Of a stretch of 64,000 nucleotides of DNA, positions 39,598 to 48,903 are shown in pieces. The stretch is from an uncultured virus (IMG/VR IMGVR_UViG_3300044627_000710) (lineage: Duplodnaviria; Heunggongvirae; Uroviricota; Caudoviricetes): IMG/VR virus record IMGVR_UViG_3300044627_000710. The stretch is one strand, 5' to 3'. The translations under genes and the position numbers were made by a program. Position 1 is the first letter of the stretch. The number at the start of each line of letters is the position of its first letter. Below the pieces are notes generated by a model. It was not told where the DNA came from. It saw only the letters and a program-made list of their open reading frames with translations, and did not search any database.

Positions 39598-40090
39598 AAA
39601 AGATCGTCGTGGTGACGTTACTGACCAAGCCAACGTAGATACCGTTCTCAGCCAAGATACCTTCACCGGGAATGATCACGTTGAACGCTGTCGGGTTGTA
39701 CGAGTCGGCCTCCAACAAGAGATCGGCGTACATGGTGACCGCAGGGCTTCCAGTGATGGTGCCCGACGCAGTATCCGTAACCGTGAACGTGTTGGCGTTG
39801 GTAACCGTCACAGAGTACACGTTGGTCGTCGCCGTGCCGCCAGTGCCTGCCGAGAAAGACAGCCACACGCGGTCGCCGTTAGCGAGTCCGTGATTTGTGA
39901 TGGTCACCGTGACTGTATTGGTCGAACGACCGTAAGTGCCGGTCTGAGCCAAATTGTTGGCGTACACCGTGTTGCGCGTGGCAGCACTGGCATTGGCCGA
40001 AACAATCGCACCCTTGAGACGCGTACGGTAAGTGACCGCTACACCAGACGCAGCCATGTGCGCTGATTTAACGTCGTATTGCATCGCCAT
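39590..40090 (-). CDS. virion protein with small beta insertion
   Basis: AGGAG RBS; HGLANGDRV insertion; IPGEGIL..IFYG end. Confidence 0.65.
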   Translation of the reverse strand: MAMQYDVKSAHMAASGVAVTYRTRLKGAIVSANASAATRNTVYANNLAQTGTYGRSTNTVTVTITNHGLANGDRVWLSFSAGTGGTATTNVYSVTVTNANTFTVTDTASGTITGSPAVTMYADLLLEADSYNPTAFNVIIPGEGILAENGIYVGLVSNVTTTIFYG

Positions 40091-40102
40091 GATGCGCTCC
40101 TA

Positions 40103-40435
40103 TTAGGTAGCGGTGGTGATGGCAATCCAAGCAGACGCGCCGCGCACATAGATGCGGTCGTTGGTGGTGGTGCCGTCAGTACGCAGGTAAAGCGAACCCT
40201 GAGCAGCCGTCACGGTGGGGGCACCGGAGCCAACAAAGACGCCCAAGTTTGCAGTGGAGGACATCAGAACTGCCGACATACCGCCTGCTGCGGGGGCCGT
40301 GCCGCTGTCAGCGGTCAGATTGCCCGTGGCAGAAACAGAAGTTGCAGTAACCGTGGTAGCGGTGACAGCGCCAGTGATAGCACCAACAAAACCATTATTG
40401 GATACAACTGGCCCGCTGAAGGTCGTGGTTCCCAT
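40103..40435 (-). CDS. capsid decoration/fibre-like protein
   Basis: MGTTTFSGPVVS start; GSGAPT..GSLYLRTDG; GAGGAG RBS. Confidence 0.65.
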   Translation of the reverse strand: MGTTTFSGPVVSNNGFVGAITGAVTATTVTATSVSATGNLTADSGTAPAAGGMSAVLMSSTANLGVFVGSGAPTVTAAQGSLYLRTDGTTTNDRIYVRGASAWIAITTAT

Positions 40436-40443
40436 GTGGAACG

Positions 40444-40499
40444 CTCCTCAAATTGCGCTTGCTGTCTCTGAGGTCAGTCCGCCAAGTCGGTCAGCAAGC
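40444..40499 (-). promoter_or_regulatory. candidate structured 5' leader able to pair with its own RBS
   Basis: 8-bp stem GCTTGCTG/CAGCAAGC; loop CCTCA complementary to TGAGG of the RBS. Confidence 0.4.
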
Positions 40500-40535
40500 A
40501 GGTTGAAAATCTTGGGACTGTGTTGAATATAGGGC

Positions 40536-40565
40536 AAAAAGAAAGGGGGCACAAGGCCCCCTTTC
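40536..40565 (-). terminator. rho-independent terminator after the major capsid gene
   Basis: GAAAGGGGGC-CTTGT-GCCCCCTTTC followed by TTTTT. Confidence 0.85.
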
Positions 40566-40582
40566 CCGATTTCCGACGCTGA

Positions 40583-41512
40583 TTAGGCGCCAGCAGAACC
40601 CCAGATTCCCAGGGGATCAGACCAGCCGAACGAATAACGCTCGCGGGCCTTGTAGCGCACGTTGCCGGTGTCGAAGTCACCGTCCATCGAGGTGGACATG
40701 GCCACACGCTCGAAGTGCTTCAGACCGTTAGGCACGTCCGTGGTCAGGAACCAAGCGTTGACGTCGGTCAAGAAGTGGTTGACGGTGAAGCCACCGGGGA
40801 TCGCACCCATCTGCTTAATAGCGTTGATGTCGTTATCAGCAGTGGCCACGCGCAGTTCCGTGTCAAGCAGACGCTTGGCAACGAACATCAGGCTGGGCGG
40901 AATGACCAGCTTGACCGGCTTGGCAGCGATCAGCAGACCACGTTCGTCCGTCCACGCAGCGATTTGAATCACAGCGTTTTCGAGCGAAGTCTCGTTCAGG
41001 TCCACGGCAACAGACGGGCTGTTGTAGTTCACACCACCGGAAACCAGGGGGTGACCCACGCGAGTGGCCGAAGCGTTAACGCCAAACAGCGACACACCGT
41101 CACCGCCGGGGTAAGCGCCGTTGAAGCCGTTGTTCAGAACGGCAGCGGCCTTAACCTGCTTGGTGTAAGACATCGCACGAGCCAGAGCCTTGGTGTAGCG
41201 GGCAGACAGACTGTCATACAGGTTGTCTTCCACTGCTTCCTCGGTGATCGAGAAGCCAAGGGCGATAGTCTCGTGGTTGTAACGAGCGGTGAAGGCTTCC
41301 TGCGCATTGTCATACGCGATGGCCTGACCTTCGTTCTTCACCGGAGCGGCACTAAAGCCAGCCAGCTTGGTTTCTTCTTCAAAGGAACGCTCGGACTTTT
41401 CAGTCTCGTAGATTTCCTTGTGCTCTTCGCCGTAGCGAGCGTACTCCATGCCGAACAGGGCGTTCAGACCGGGCAGGAGTTCCTTGAGTAGTTGGGCACG
41501 AGAAATTGCCAT
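40583..41512 (-). CDS. major capsid protein
   Basis: 309 aa; KELLPGL, EGQAI.YD, P..LVIPP.L, RERYSFGW (Mu gpT-like HK97 fold); strong RBS and downstream terminator. Confidence 0.85.
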   Translation of the reverse strand: MAISRAQLLKELLPGLNALFGMEYARYGEEHKEIYETEKSERSFEEETKLAGFSAAPVKNEGQAIAYDNAQEAFTARYNHETIALGFSITEEAVEDNLYDSLSARYTKALARAMSYTKQVKAAAVLNNGFNGAYPGGDGVSLFGVNASATRVGHPLVSGGVNYNSPSVAVDLNETSLENAVIQIAAWTDERGLLIAAKPVKLVIPPSLMFVAKRLLDTELRVATADNDINAIKQMGAIPGGFTVNHFLTDVNAWFLTTDVPNGLKHFERVAMSTSMDGDFDTGNVRYKARERYSFGWSDPLGIWGSAGA

Positions 41513-41528
41513 TTCAGATCACTCCTTA

Positions 41529-42137
41529 TCAGGCAACGCCAGTTGCATTCGTGTACGAATGCTGGCCGATGTTGAACTTCACCAACACATCGGTCTTGGC
41601 ATCACCAACAGTCGAGAACGGACCGTTGACAAAACCGACCAGACGGAAACCCGCAGTGAGGGCTTGCGTCGTGGCGCTAAGGGCCGACAGCGAATTGCCC
41701 GTGGTGGTGGAGCCACCCGTGCCTGCCGTACCGCTCTGAGCAGCGGCGAAGAGCATGTTTTGACCCAGTTGAGTCTGCGTCACAGGGCCATCGGCCTGGG
41801 CTTGGAACACGGCGCGGTCATCATCGATGACGTACGCAACAGCGTTCAGCGAACCCGAGGGATAGTACTGCGAGAAGACCGTCTGGCCTTGCGCGTTGAC
41901 GTACGAGCAGCCCACGAAGACACCGATGGTGCCAGCGGGGAATGCGTCGCCGGTGCCACCAGTCTCAGTCACGAGGCGGATGTAACCGTCAGTGTGGATT
42001 TTCACCACTTGGCCGTAGAAGAGGTTGCTCGAATAGCCGGCGGGGTCAATCAGAAACTGACGCGTTTCGCCTGCGTACGGCAGACCGTCAACTCGGTTTA
42101 CAGCCCGTAGGCCGTAGGGAGCAGCAGTAGATGCCAT
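41529..42137 (-). CDS. capsid-associated (cement/decoration) protein
   Basis: PYGLR..GVFVGCSY..YVIDD; directly upstream of capsid gene. Confidence 0.6.
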   Translation of the reverse strand: MASTAAPYGLRAVNRVDGLPYAGETRQFLIDPAGYSSNLFYGQVVKIHTDGYIRLVTETGGTGDAFPAGTIGVFVGCSYVNAQGQTVFSQYYPSGSLNAVAYVIDDDRAVFQAQADGPVTQTQLGQNMLFAAAQSGTAGTGGSTTTGNSLSALSATTQALTAGFRLVGFVNGPFSTVGDAKTDVLVKFNIGQHSYTNATGVA

Positions 42138-42152
42138 TTAAGGACTCCTAAG

Positions 42153-42611
42153 TTACTTTGAACCAGAACCGAACCCACCTCCGCGCGTCGTGCTGGACTT
42201 GCGATCCGAGAACAACGGCATCCGTGGATCATTGTTTCGCATGAAGTGGTTGTCCACTGAGTCCATCTGAGCTTGTGCTTGACGACCGTAGTAATCGTCC
42301 CGTGAGCGTGCGAGTTCAGCAGGCATCTTGCAGAGCATGAGGCCACCAATTTCCACGTTCCCGGTCTTCTCGTTTCCGGCCAGCATAAGTTCAGGATGGT
42401 CAACCGCCTTCACCGGCTCCCAACCCTCACGCATCTTTTTGGACACGTTAGTGGGGTCGGCCTGTCCCAGTACGTGCGTCGCAATCCAGCGATACACATA
42501 ACCCGGATCAGGTGTCGGATCGGGCAGCGAACTCGACGGTGTGTACACCATACGAGCAGATTTTTCGCGTGACTGCATGTCACGAGGCATACGGTTTTGA
42601 GTTTCAGCCAT
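42153..42611 (-). CDS. head-module protein
   Basis: GYVYRWI..REGWEPV..GGLMLCKMP. Confidence 0.7.
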   Translation of the reverse strand: MAETQNRMPRDMQSREKSARMVYTPSSSLPDPTPDPGYVYRWIATHVLGQADPTNVSKKMREGWEPVKAVDHPELMLAGNEKTGNVEIGGLMLCKMPAELARSRDDYYGRQAQAQMDSVDNHFMRNNDPRMPLFSDRKSSTTRGGGFGSGSK

Positions 42612-43560
42612 TTTGGTTCTCCAGTTTTACCACTTGTGCAGCGTATTGCTGCGGGGTCAGGCCCAGCTTCTTAGCCAAAGCAACTTGTGTTTGGGTTAGA
42701 CGGATTTTTCCGGCGCTCGTTGTACGAGCGGCAGGTGCCACGACCGTTGTGGGTTTCTTTTGAACCTCACCCGTTCTCGGCCTGTCTTCGTTGCCACCGA
42801 AAATCTCGGGGAACTTCGACTTCATGCGACCGTCAATCTGGTCGAAATACTCATCGGAGCGGGGATCAACACCCCCGTTGACTAGCTTTTGATGCAGCCC
42901 TAGTGCGTAGCTGGTGTATTCCTCAAACCCCGGTTGCCCGAACCACTGGTTTTTTGCCTGCCAGCGCAGGGATTTCTCGTCGGGTTGAACCTGAGTTTGC
43001 GGTTGTTGCTGAGTTTGTACCGCATATTCTGCGGGTTGTAAAGCCTGCGGACGGAATCTTTTGGCTTCCTCAACACGCCATTTAGCCGACGCCAGTTCTT
43101 CCTGGGCAGCGATGATGGCGTCTGTATCAAAAGACTCCTGCGCTTCCTTGAGTTTGCGGCGGGCCATCTCCAGTTCACCTTCCGCTTCCTTGCGGGCGGA
43201 GTTAACCAAAACTTCTTGGCCTTCGTTGTAACTCTTCTTCAGCCGGTTGTTCTCGTCGATCAACTGCTGTGCAAGACGCTCAAGCTCGGCTTTTTCCCGT
43301 GCTACAGCCTCTTTCTGACGGCGTTCGTCGTGACGTGCGTGGGTCAATTCCTTGATCCGCGACTGCACGTTGGCCGAGTAAGACTCAATCTCTTCGTCGG
43401 TTGGGTCAGCGACCTCCCGCTCCAGAGGCTTACGGCCACGATCACGCTCAGGCGTGTCGTCTACGACTTCAATCTCAACTTCGGTTTCACCGGAAGTTTC
43501 GACTTTGACCTCGTTCTCCTGCTCGTCAGGGAACTTGTACTCTTCTTTGTCAATTGCCAT
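42604..43560 (-). CDS. scaffolding protein
   Basis: Acidic N-terminus, long coiled coil, C-terminal LTQTQVALAKKLGLTPQQYA. Confidence 0.7.
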   Translation of the reverse strand: MAIDKEEYKFPDEQENEVKVETSGETEVEIEVVDDTPERDRGRKPLEREVADPTDEEIESYSANVQSRIKELTHARHDERRQKEAVAREKAELERLAQQLIDENNRLKKSYNEGQEVLVNSARKEAEGELEMARRKLKEAQESFDTDAIIAAQEELASAKWRVEEAKRFRPQALQPAEYAVQTQQQPQTQVQPDEKSLRWQAKNQWFGQPGFEEYTSYALGLHQKLVNGGVDPRSDEYFDQIDGRMKSKFPEIFGGNEDRPRTGEVQKKPTTVVAPAARTTSAGKIRLTQTQVALAKKLGLTPQQYAAQVVKLENQNG

Positions 43561-43571
43561 CTTTCACTCCT

Positions 43572-44012
43572 TCAAGCGCGGGTGAGTCCGCGAGGGTCTT
43601 GCACAACAGCATCCACCTGATCGTCATTGATCAGACGAAACTCTTTGCCAAAGATTTTGAATCTAGTGCCGGAGTAAGTCCTCACCAACACAAAATCTCC
43701 AGGCTTACACCAAGCGCCTGTGGGAAAACGCTCGGGGTCTTTGTAGGCCGATGGGCCTTGTTTGAGCACGAACAGCACCGTGGTGGCGTGTTCTTCTTGG
43801 CGCATGTAACTGTCGGCCTTGATCAGGCTGGAGTTCTCAAACGTGTCTGAAACATCAGGCACGATGCACAGCAGTTTGTGACCTGCAGGCTCTGGAAGGG
43901 CTGTGGCCTTCTCTTCAGGGGCGAGGTTCTCGTCCTGTTCGTCCTGGGGCTGAATGGTCTTAGGCAGGCTAATGCCCGGTGGGAGGATGATTCCCGCTTC
44001 ACTCGTCTGCAT
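43572..44012 (-). CDS. GroES-like co-chaperonin
   Basis: PAGHKLL..VLKQGP..WCKPGDFV..YSGTRF..FRLINDD. Confidence 0.75.
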   Translation of the reverse strand: MQTSEAGIILPPGISLPKTIQPQDEQDENLAPEEKATALPEPAGHKLLCIVPDVSDTFENSSLIKADSYMRQEEHATTVLFVLKQGPSAYKDPERFPTGAWCKPGDFVLVRTYSGTRFKIFGKEFRLINDDQVDAVVQDPRGLTRA

Positions 44013-44193
44013 CTTCGGCTTTCTTTGCAAGGTCAAGGATGTAACGCTCTGCCATCGCCAGACCTTGGATGACGCCGCAGAGCTTTTGGTATTCCTCAAA
44101 ATTGCGACACGCACCACCAGCCAAGTCATCGGCGTAGTTGTTCATGTCGGTGCGTATTTGTTCGCGCAATACGCGTGCGAAGTCTTGGATCAT
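43999..44193 (-). CDS. small protein downstream of portal
   Basis: EEYQKLCGVIQGL; ATGA overlap with portal stop. Confidence 0.7.
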   Translation of the reverse strand: MIQDFARVLREQIRTDMNNYADDLAGGACRNFEEYQKLCGVIQGLAMAERYILDLAKKAEDADE

Positions 44194-46652
44194 TTAGTGG
44201 GCGTTTCCTTTCGGCGTTGTTGGGCCTCTTGCGCTTTGGCCTTGGCGATGTCGATGCCCATGCGGACACCTTCACGTTCTTGTTGCGCGACAAGCATCGC
44301 CTTGTCCTTCTCGATGTCGGACTGCGTTTTCATAGCGCGAAGCTGCAGGTCGCCCTTGACCCGCTCCTGCTCAAGCTCTTGCTTGTCAGCCTCAGCGGCG
44401 GCGTCCATCATGATCTTCTGCGCCTTGAGCTTCAACTCTTCCTGACGCAGCATCAGTTCTTGCTGCTGCATCTGGATCACCGGGTCTTGCGCTTGCTGCT
44501 GAGCCTGCATCATCGCGGCCTGCTGAGCGGCTTGGGCGTTGACTTGCGTAGCAGCTTGGGCCATCATTGACGACAGCGCGATCTCGATTTGCGGCGGAAG
44601 TTTCTCGTCTTCGGGAGGCAGAGGCATGCCCAACTGCGCCTCAATCTGCTTGCGCATCTTGTAGCCCAGGTGTTCAGCAATATGCGCTTGCTGCGCGGCC
44701 ACGATCTGCTGCGCCATCGGGTTCTGCCCCACGACCTGCGCCACCAACGGGTTCTGCGTGATCATCATGTGCACCGCAATGTGTGCGTCGTGATCCTGGT
44801 GCAGGAACGCCTTGACCGGCTTGTTCTTGAGCAGGTCTTGGTTCTCGGTTACCGGGTCGATAGGCTTCTCATCATCAGGCAGCGGAACGAGCTTCTCTGC
44901 GTTCTTGATACCCAACACGTCCAGCATCGCCCTGTGCAACTGCGGCAGGTCGTAAATCTGCGGCGCCATCTGCGCCATCTGAATGACGGCTTGGTACTGA
45001 ATCACCCGTTGCGACATCGTGGCCGCGTTGGGGTCGCTCACCGGAATAACGTCTACGAGGTCGTAGTCCGACTGCTTGGCACGCTTCGTCCCGTACTCAG
45101 GGTCGTACTCGTAGTCCGGCTCGGTGTAGTCGCGGATGATCGACTTCAGGAGCTTGAACTCCTGCTTGAGCGAGTAGTGAGTGCGGGCCTGGACCGCCGT
45201 CAGAATTTTGAGTTGCCGCTCCAGCAGCGCCAGCGTGGTGCCCACCGGCGCCTGCGCAGACATGTCGGCCACCTTCATATCTGCGGTGGCAGCGAAGCGA
45301 CGGCCCTCTTCTACGATGTTGCCCAGCAGGGTGTAGAGAACTTGGCTGGGCTCTTTGTAGGGCAGCGGCAGGATGCTGTCGCGGATGTTGCCGGAGGCTA
45401 CATCGACATCGCGGAACTCTCCAGGGGCGATAGGCGTGTCATCGCCCTTGATCCGCAAACCACGTGACTTCAGTCCACCAGGGAGGTTAGACAGAGTGCC
45501 AGCGTCAACAAGCTGACGCATGAGCGAAGTAGCACTCTTTGCAAAGCCACCGATAAGATGGAACAGACCAAAGCCGTACGCTCCGAAGCCTGGAACGTAC
45601 TGGTAGTGCACGAAGTGCTGGCGCTTGAGTTTGAGGTCGTCATCCTCGTTCCAATTCCTGTAGATGCTCAGGATGGTGTTCGTACCGCGAATAACGGTAA
45701 CCACGTACGGCACGGCAATCTCGCCGTCCTTGTCACCAAACGGGTCATCTGGGATGTGCAGGTCAACGTGCACCTCCATCAGCGTGAAGCGATCATCGTT
45801 GAGATCGCTGAAGCCCGTCTCTTTGTCTTTGGCCTGCTGAATGTCGGACTTGTTCTTGTCCGGCTCGCCCAGTTCTACCTCACGGTAAAACCCTGCAGCC
45901 TGCAGCTTGACGAGGTCGTTCTTGCTCTTGCGCATGACGTGCGTCAGGCGGCGGCACGTGTCCATGTCGGTGGTGCCGTACGGCAGGATGATGTCCTCCG
46001 CAGGCACAAACATGCTGACCTGCCGACCCAGGTTGGGGTCGTAGTACACCTTCTTGAACGCCGAGCCGGTGGCAGGCAGGCTCCACAGCATGCGCTCGTG
46101 CTCAGGCCGGTACTCCTTCATGACTTCGGTCAACTCGAAGTTCATGTCGTCCTGCACACGAACGGCGGCTTCTTTCTTCTGGGGCGTCTCTTTGCCAATG
46201 ATCTTGGTCTTGACCGGGCCTGCTGCAGGGAACGTCTCCGTGATCATCTCTGACTGGAAGCGCACAACGGCTTCCGTGATCATTGGGTGGAACACACCAC
46301 AGGCGCCGTTCCACGGCTCTGTTCTTTCCTCGATCTGCAAGCCCAGCAGCTTCAGACCATCGACGTACGCTTTCTCCCACTCCTTGCGGGACGCCTTGTC
46401 TTGGTCGATGTCGGCAACCAGATCACCGCCTAGACCCTCAATAAACGAAGAATCCAAGTACTCGGCCAAGTTGGCGTCGAATGAGTCTGCGGTCTTGGGT
46501 TCTGGGCGGAGGCTTATCTCCATACCGTCGATGCCGATGTTGACCTCTTCTGGGTCAATGATCTCGATCTCAATCTCCGGTTCGGCCTGAGCCAACTCTT
46601 CGATGCCCGTCGGGGCGGAGTAGAGCGCCTTGTCGATGTTCGTCGCCATCAT
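44190..46652 (-). CDS. portal protein
   Basis: 820 aa after terminase; GSAFKKVYYD, YGFGL; Gln-rich coiled-coil C-terminus as in P22-like portals. Confidence 0.85.
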   Translation of the reverse strand: MMATNIDKALYSAPTGIEELAQAEPEIEIEIIDPEEVNIGIDGMEISLRPEPKTADSFDANLAEYLDSSFIEGLGGDLVADIDQDKASRKEWEKAYVDGLKLLGLQIEERTEPWNGACGVFHPMITEAVVRFQSEMITETFPAAGPVKTKIIGKETPQKKEAAVRVQDDMNFELTEVMKEYRPEHERMLWSLPATGSAFKKVYYDPNLGRQVSMFVPAEDIILPYGTTDMDTCRRLTHVMRKSKNDLVKLQAAGFYREVELGEPDKNKSDIQQAKDKETGFSDLNDDRFTLMEVHVDLHIPDDPFGDKDGEIAVPYVVTVIRGTNTILSIYRNWNEDDDLKLKRQHFVHYQYVPGFGAYGFGLFHLIGGFAKSATSLMRQLVDAGTLSNLPGGLKSRGLRIKGDDTPIAPGEFRDVDVASGNIRDSILPLPYKEPSQVLYTLLGNIVEEGRRFAATADMKVADMSAQAPVGTTLALLERQLKILTAVQARTHYSLKQEFKLLKSIIRDYTEPDYEYDPEYGTKRAKQSDYDLVDVIPVSDPNAATMSQRVIQYQAVIQMAQMAPQIYDLPQLHRAMLDVLGIKNAEKLVPLPDDEKPIDPVTENQDLLKNKPVKAFLHQDHDAHIAVHMMITQNPLVAQVVGQNPMAQQIVAAQQAHIAEHLGYKMRKQIEAQLGMPLPPEDEKLPPQIEIALSSMMAQAATQVNAQAAQQAAMMQAQQQAQDPVIQMQQQELMLRQEELKLKAQKIMMDAAAEADKQELEQERVKGDLQLRAMKTQSDIEKDKAMLVAQQEREGVRMGIDIAKAKAQEAQQRRKETPTK

Positions 46653-46658
46653 GAATCC

Positions 46659-48197
46659 TTAGTAGTACGCCGCTTTGCGGGCGCGGAAGAACGTGTCTTC
46701 CTTCTCGTCTGAGTCCAGACTGATGAAGCCCCCTTGGCGAAACCGCAGGAGCGCCTGGGTCATAGTGTCTACGAAGTCGTCGTGCTCGCCTACTGGGAAC
46801 GCCGCTACTTCCTCGATCACCTCCCGCGCCCAGCGCGTGTCGGGTGCCCAGACTTTGCCGGAGGAGAACAGGTCAGCCACCGCGTTCATCCGCACCACCT
46901 TGTCATTGCCGCGCGACGGCGTGTACTCCGCCACTGGGATGCCCATGTTGCGCAGTTCATACATAAGCGGAGCGCCTGCGGCCTTCTTTTCCACGATGAA
47001 CGCGTCGGGTTCCCACTCTTTATAGTGCTTGAGTGCGACTTGCTTGAGTTCAGGAAACGCCATCCGGTCTTTGAACGCGTCCAGCAGCATCAGTTGTGGG
47101 CTGTTGCCCTCCTCCTCGTTGTACCAAACGCCCCACGTAGTGCAGGCGCTGAAGTCGGAGGTTGTCTTTGTCTCGTAGGCCGTGTCCCAAGACTGGATGA
47201 TGTACTCACACGGTGGAGGATCGTCGTTTGACCAGATGCGCCACAGGTGCCGCCCCACAATGGCAGAAGCGTCAGCCGTAGGCTGCTGCATGTACTGCGC
47301 GTTCCAGAACCTGGGGTCTAGGTTGGCCTTTTTAGACTTGAGTTGGTCCAGTGGCCACTGCTCTGGCCACAGAGACTTCTCGTTCTCGGTGTTTTCGTGC
47401 AGTATCGCGGGCAGTTCCACGACTTCCCACTGATCCGCCTCTGGGTTCTTGGTCTGGTAGTCAATGAGACGCCCGGTGAGGTCAAGAAGTGACCACCGCG
47501 TCATGATGACTATGATGGCGCCCCCTGGCATCAAGCGTTGCAGCGGGCCTGTTTGGAACCAGTTCCACGCCGTGTCGAACGCGAGGCGGCTGTTGATCTT
47601 TATGTCCTGCTCAGAGTGTGGATCGTCAATAACAAACAGATCAGCGCCGCGACCAGCCAGAGCACCACCGACACCAGCAGCGTAATACTGGCCTCCCTTG
47701 GAAGTAGACCACTTCCCGGCGGCTTTTTGGTCCTCAGCCACCAGCGTTTCCGGGAAAAGCTCGGCGTATTCATCCGAGTCGATCAGGTTTCTGATCCTCC
47801 GTCCGAAGTCTTCAGATAGAGACGCAGTGTGCGTGCCCATGATGATCTTCTTCTCGGGGAATTTACCCAGGAAGTACGCCGGAAACAAGTAAGAACTGAA
47901 CTCGGACTTACCCATACGGGGCGCGATGTTGATGATCACGCGTTTTTTCTTACCCGCAAGTACGTCCTCGAAGATTCTGGCCAGTTTTTTGTGGTGCGGC
48001 CCCACCTTGAACCCCGGATAGACGTGTTTTGCAAAGCCAATGAGGTTCTTTTGGGCCAGATCACGCGAAAGTCGGCGCTCGCGCTCTTCCAAGTCCTCAA
48101 AAAGCTCCATCTTCTCCGCCAAAGACATGCTTGGCAGAGCCGTCTGGATGGCAGAAAGCTCACGCGGGGTGAGACTGGTCAGCGTCTGAAGATTCAT
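46659..48197 (-). CDS. terL: terminase large subunit
   Basis: APRMGKS, VIDDP, MTRW, QSWDTA, HDDFVD. Confidence 0.92.
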   Translation of the reverse strand: MNLQTLTSLTPRELSAIQTALPSMSLAEKMELFEDLEERERRLSRDLAQKNLIGFAKHVYPGFKVGPHHKKLARIFEDVLAGKKKRVIINIAPRMGKSEFSSYLFPAYFLGKFPEKKIIMGTHTASLSEDFGRRIRNLIDSDEYAELFPETLVAEDQKAAGKWSTSKGGQYYAAGVGGALAGRGADLFVIDDPHSEQDIKINSRLAFDTAWNWFQTGPLQRLMPGGAIIVIMTRWSLLDLTGRLIDYQTKNPEADQWEVVELPAILHENTENEKSLWPEQWPLDQLKSKKANLDPRFWNAQYMQQPTADASAIVGRHLWRIWSNDDPPPCEYIIQSWDTAYETKTTSDFSACTTWGVWYNEEEGNSPQLMLLDAFKDRMAFPELKQVALKHYKEWEPDAFIVEKKAAGAPLMYELRNMGIPVAEYTPSRGNDKVVRMNAVADLFSSGKVWAPDTRWAREVIEEVAAFPVGEHDDFVDTMTQALLRFRQGGFISLDSDEKEDTFFRARKAAYY

Positions 48198-48777
48198 CGG
48201 TCGGCTGGGCGTGGTCCGGTTCTTCTGCGCCCACATCAATAACGTCGGTGACGTTCATAAAACGGTTGAGCTTGTCCTTGATGCGCTGCTCAAGATCAGC
48301 GTCGGACATTTCCGTCTTCTTTATCTCGATCTTCTCGGTGAACAAGCCCACTTCTGTGACCTTGCCCAGCAAACCAAGCGCCTTCAAGCGGATATTGGCG
48401 TTGGAACTTTGAGTTTCTTCAAGCAGCTTGGCCACCGTGTAGCCACGCAGTTCTTTGGCCTGCTCAACAAACTCCCAGTCGTATGCCGTCAGCATGCCAG
48501 TTAGATGGCGCACGGCTGCGGGAGTTTTAAGTTGGGAAAGTGCTTGATGCTGGAGCGTCTTATCTTGCGCGGTGGCCAGTGCACCAAAGGCTTGGCGGGC
48601 CGCTTCTTTTTCAAAAGGTGCAGTTATAGCTTCGTCATCAACTGCGCCTAACTCTTGAAGCCAGTCGGCAGTGCGCACTTGCGCAGACAAAAGCTCTTCG
48701 GCGGACACTTTCTCAAGTTCCACGAATCCGTCCGGTTTGGTGATTTCCGGCTTGAAGTGCACCAGATGTTCCAGCAT
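48160..48777 (-). CDS. putative terminase small subunit
   Basis: Directly upstream of terL; RLKALGLLGK..VGLFTE. Confidence 0.65.
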   Translation of the reverse strand: MLEHLVHFKPEITKPDGFVELEKVSAEELLSAQVRTADWLQELGAVDDEAITAPFEKEAARQAFGALATAQDKTLQHQALSQLKTPAAVRHLTGMLTAYDWEFVEQAKELRGYTVAKLLEETQSSNANIRLKALGLLGKVTEVGLFTEKIEIKKTEMSDADLEQRIKDKLNRFMNVTDVIDVGAEEPDHAQPTDESSDADQSHPA

Positions 48778-48816
48778 GGGGCTTCCCTTTTGCTGCGCGG
48801 ACTGTACACTAATAAA

Positions 48817-48901
48817 CGACAGCAAGGCAACTTGTCTGTCGCTTCTCCTCTCAGTTGCAAAGCTGACTTATGCCCCGGCTGAAAAGCGCGGGGCTTTTTT
48901 T
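48817..48901 (+). ncRNA. candidate anti-Shine-Dalgarno small RNA
   Basis: Three GNRA-capped hairpins (GCAA, GCAA, GAAA), unpaired CTTCTCCTC linker, T7 tail; -10-like TACACT at 48805-48810. Confidence 0.65.
48872..48901 (+). terminator. rho-independent terminator
   Basis: GCCCCGGCT-GAAA-AGCGCGGGGC-TTTTTTT. Confidence 0.8.
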
Positions 48902-48903
48902 CT

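Noticed and set aside
48778..48850. Minus-strand GAGGAG as the RBS for a TTG-extended terS (start 48825)
   Set aside because: About 20 nt from the TTG, too far; GNRA loops and T tail point to plus-strand function
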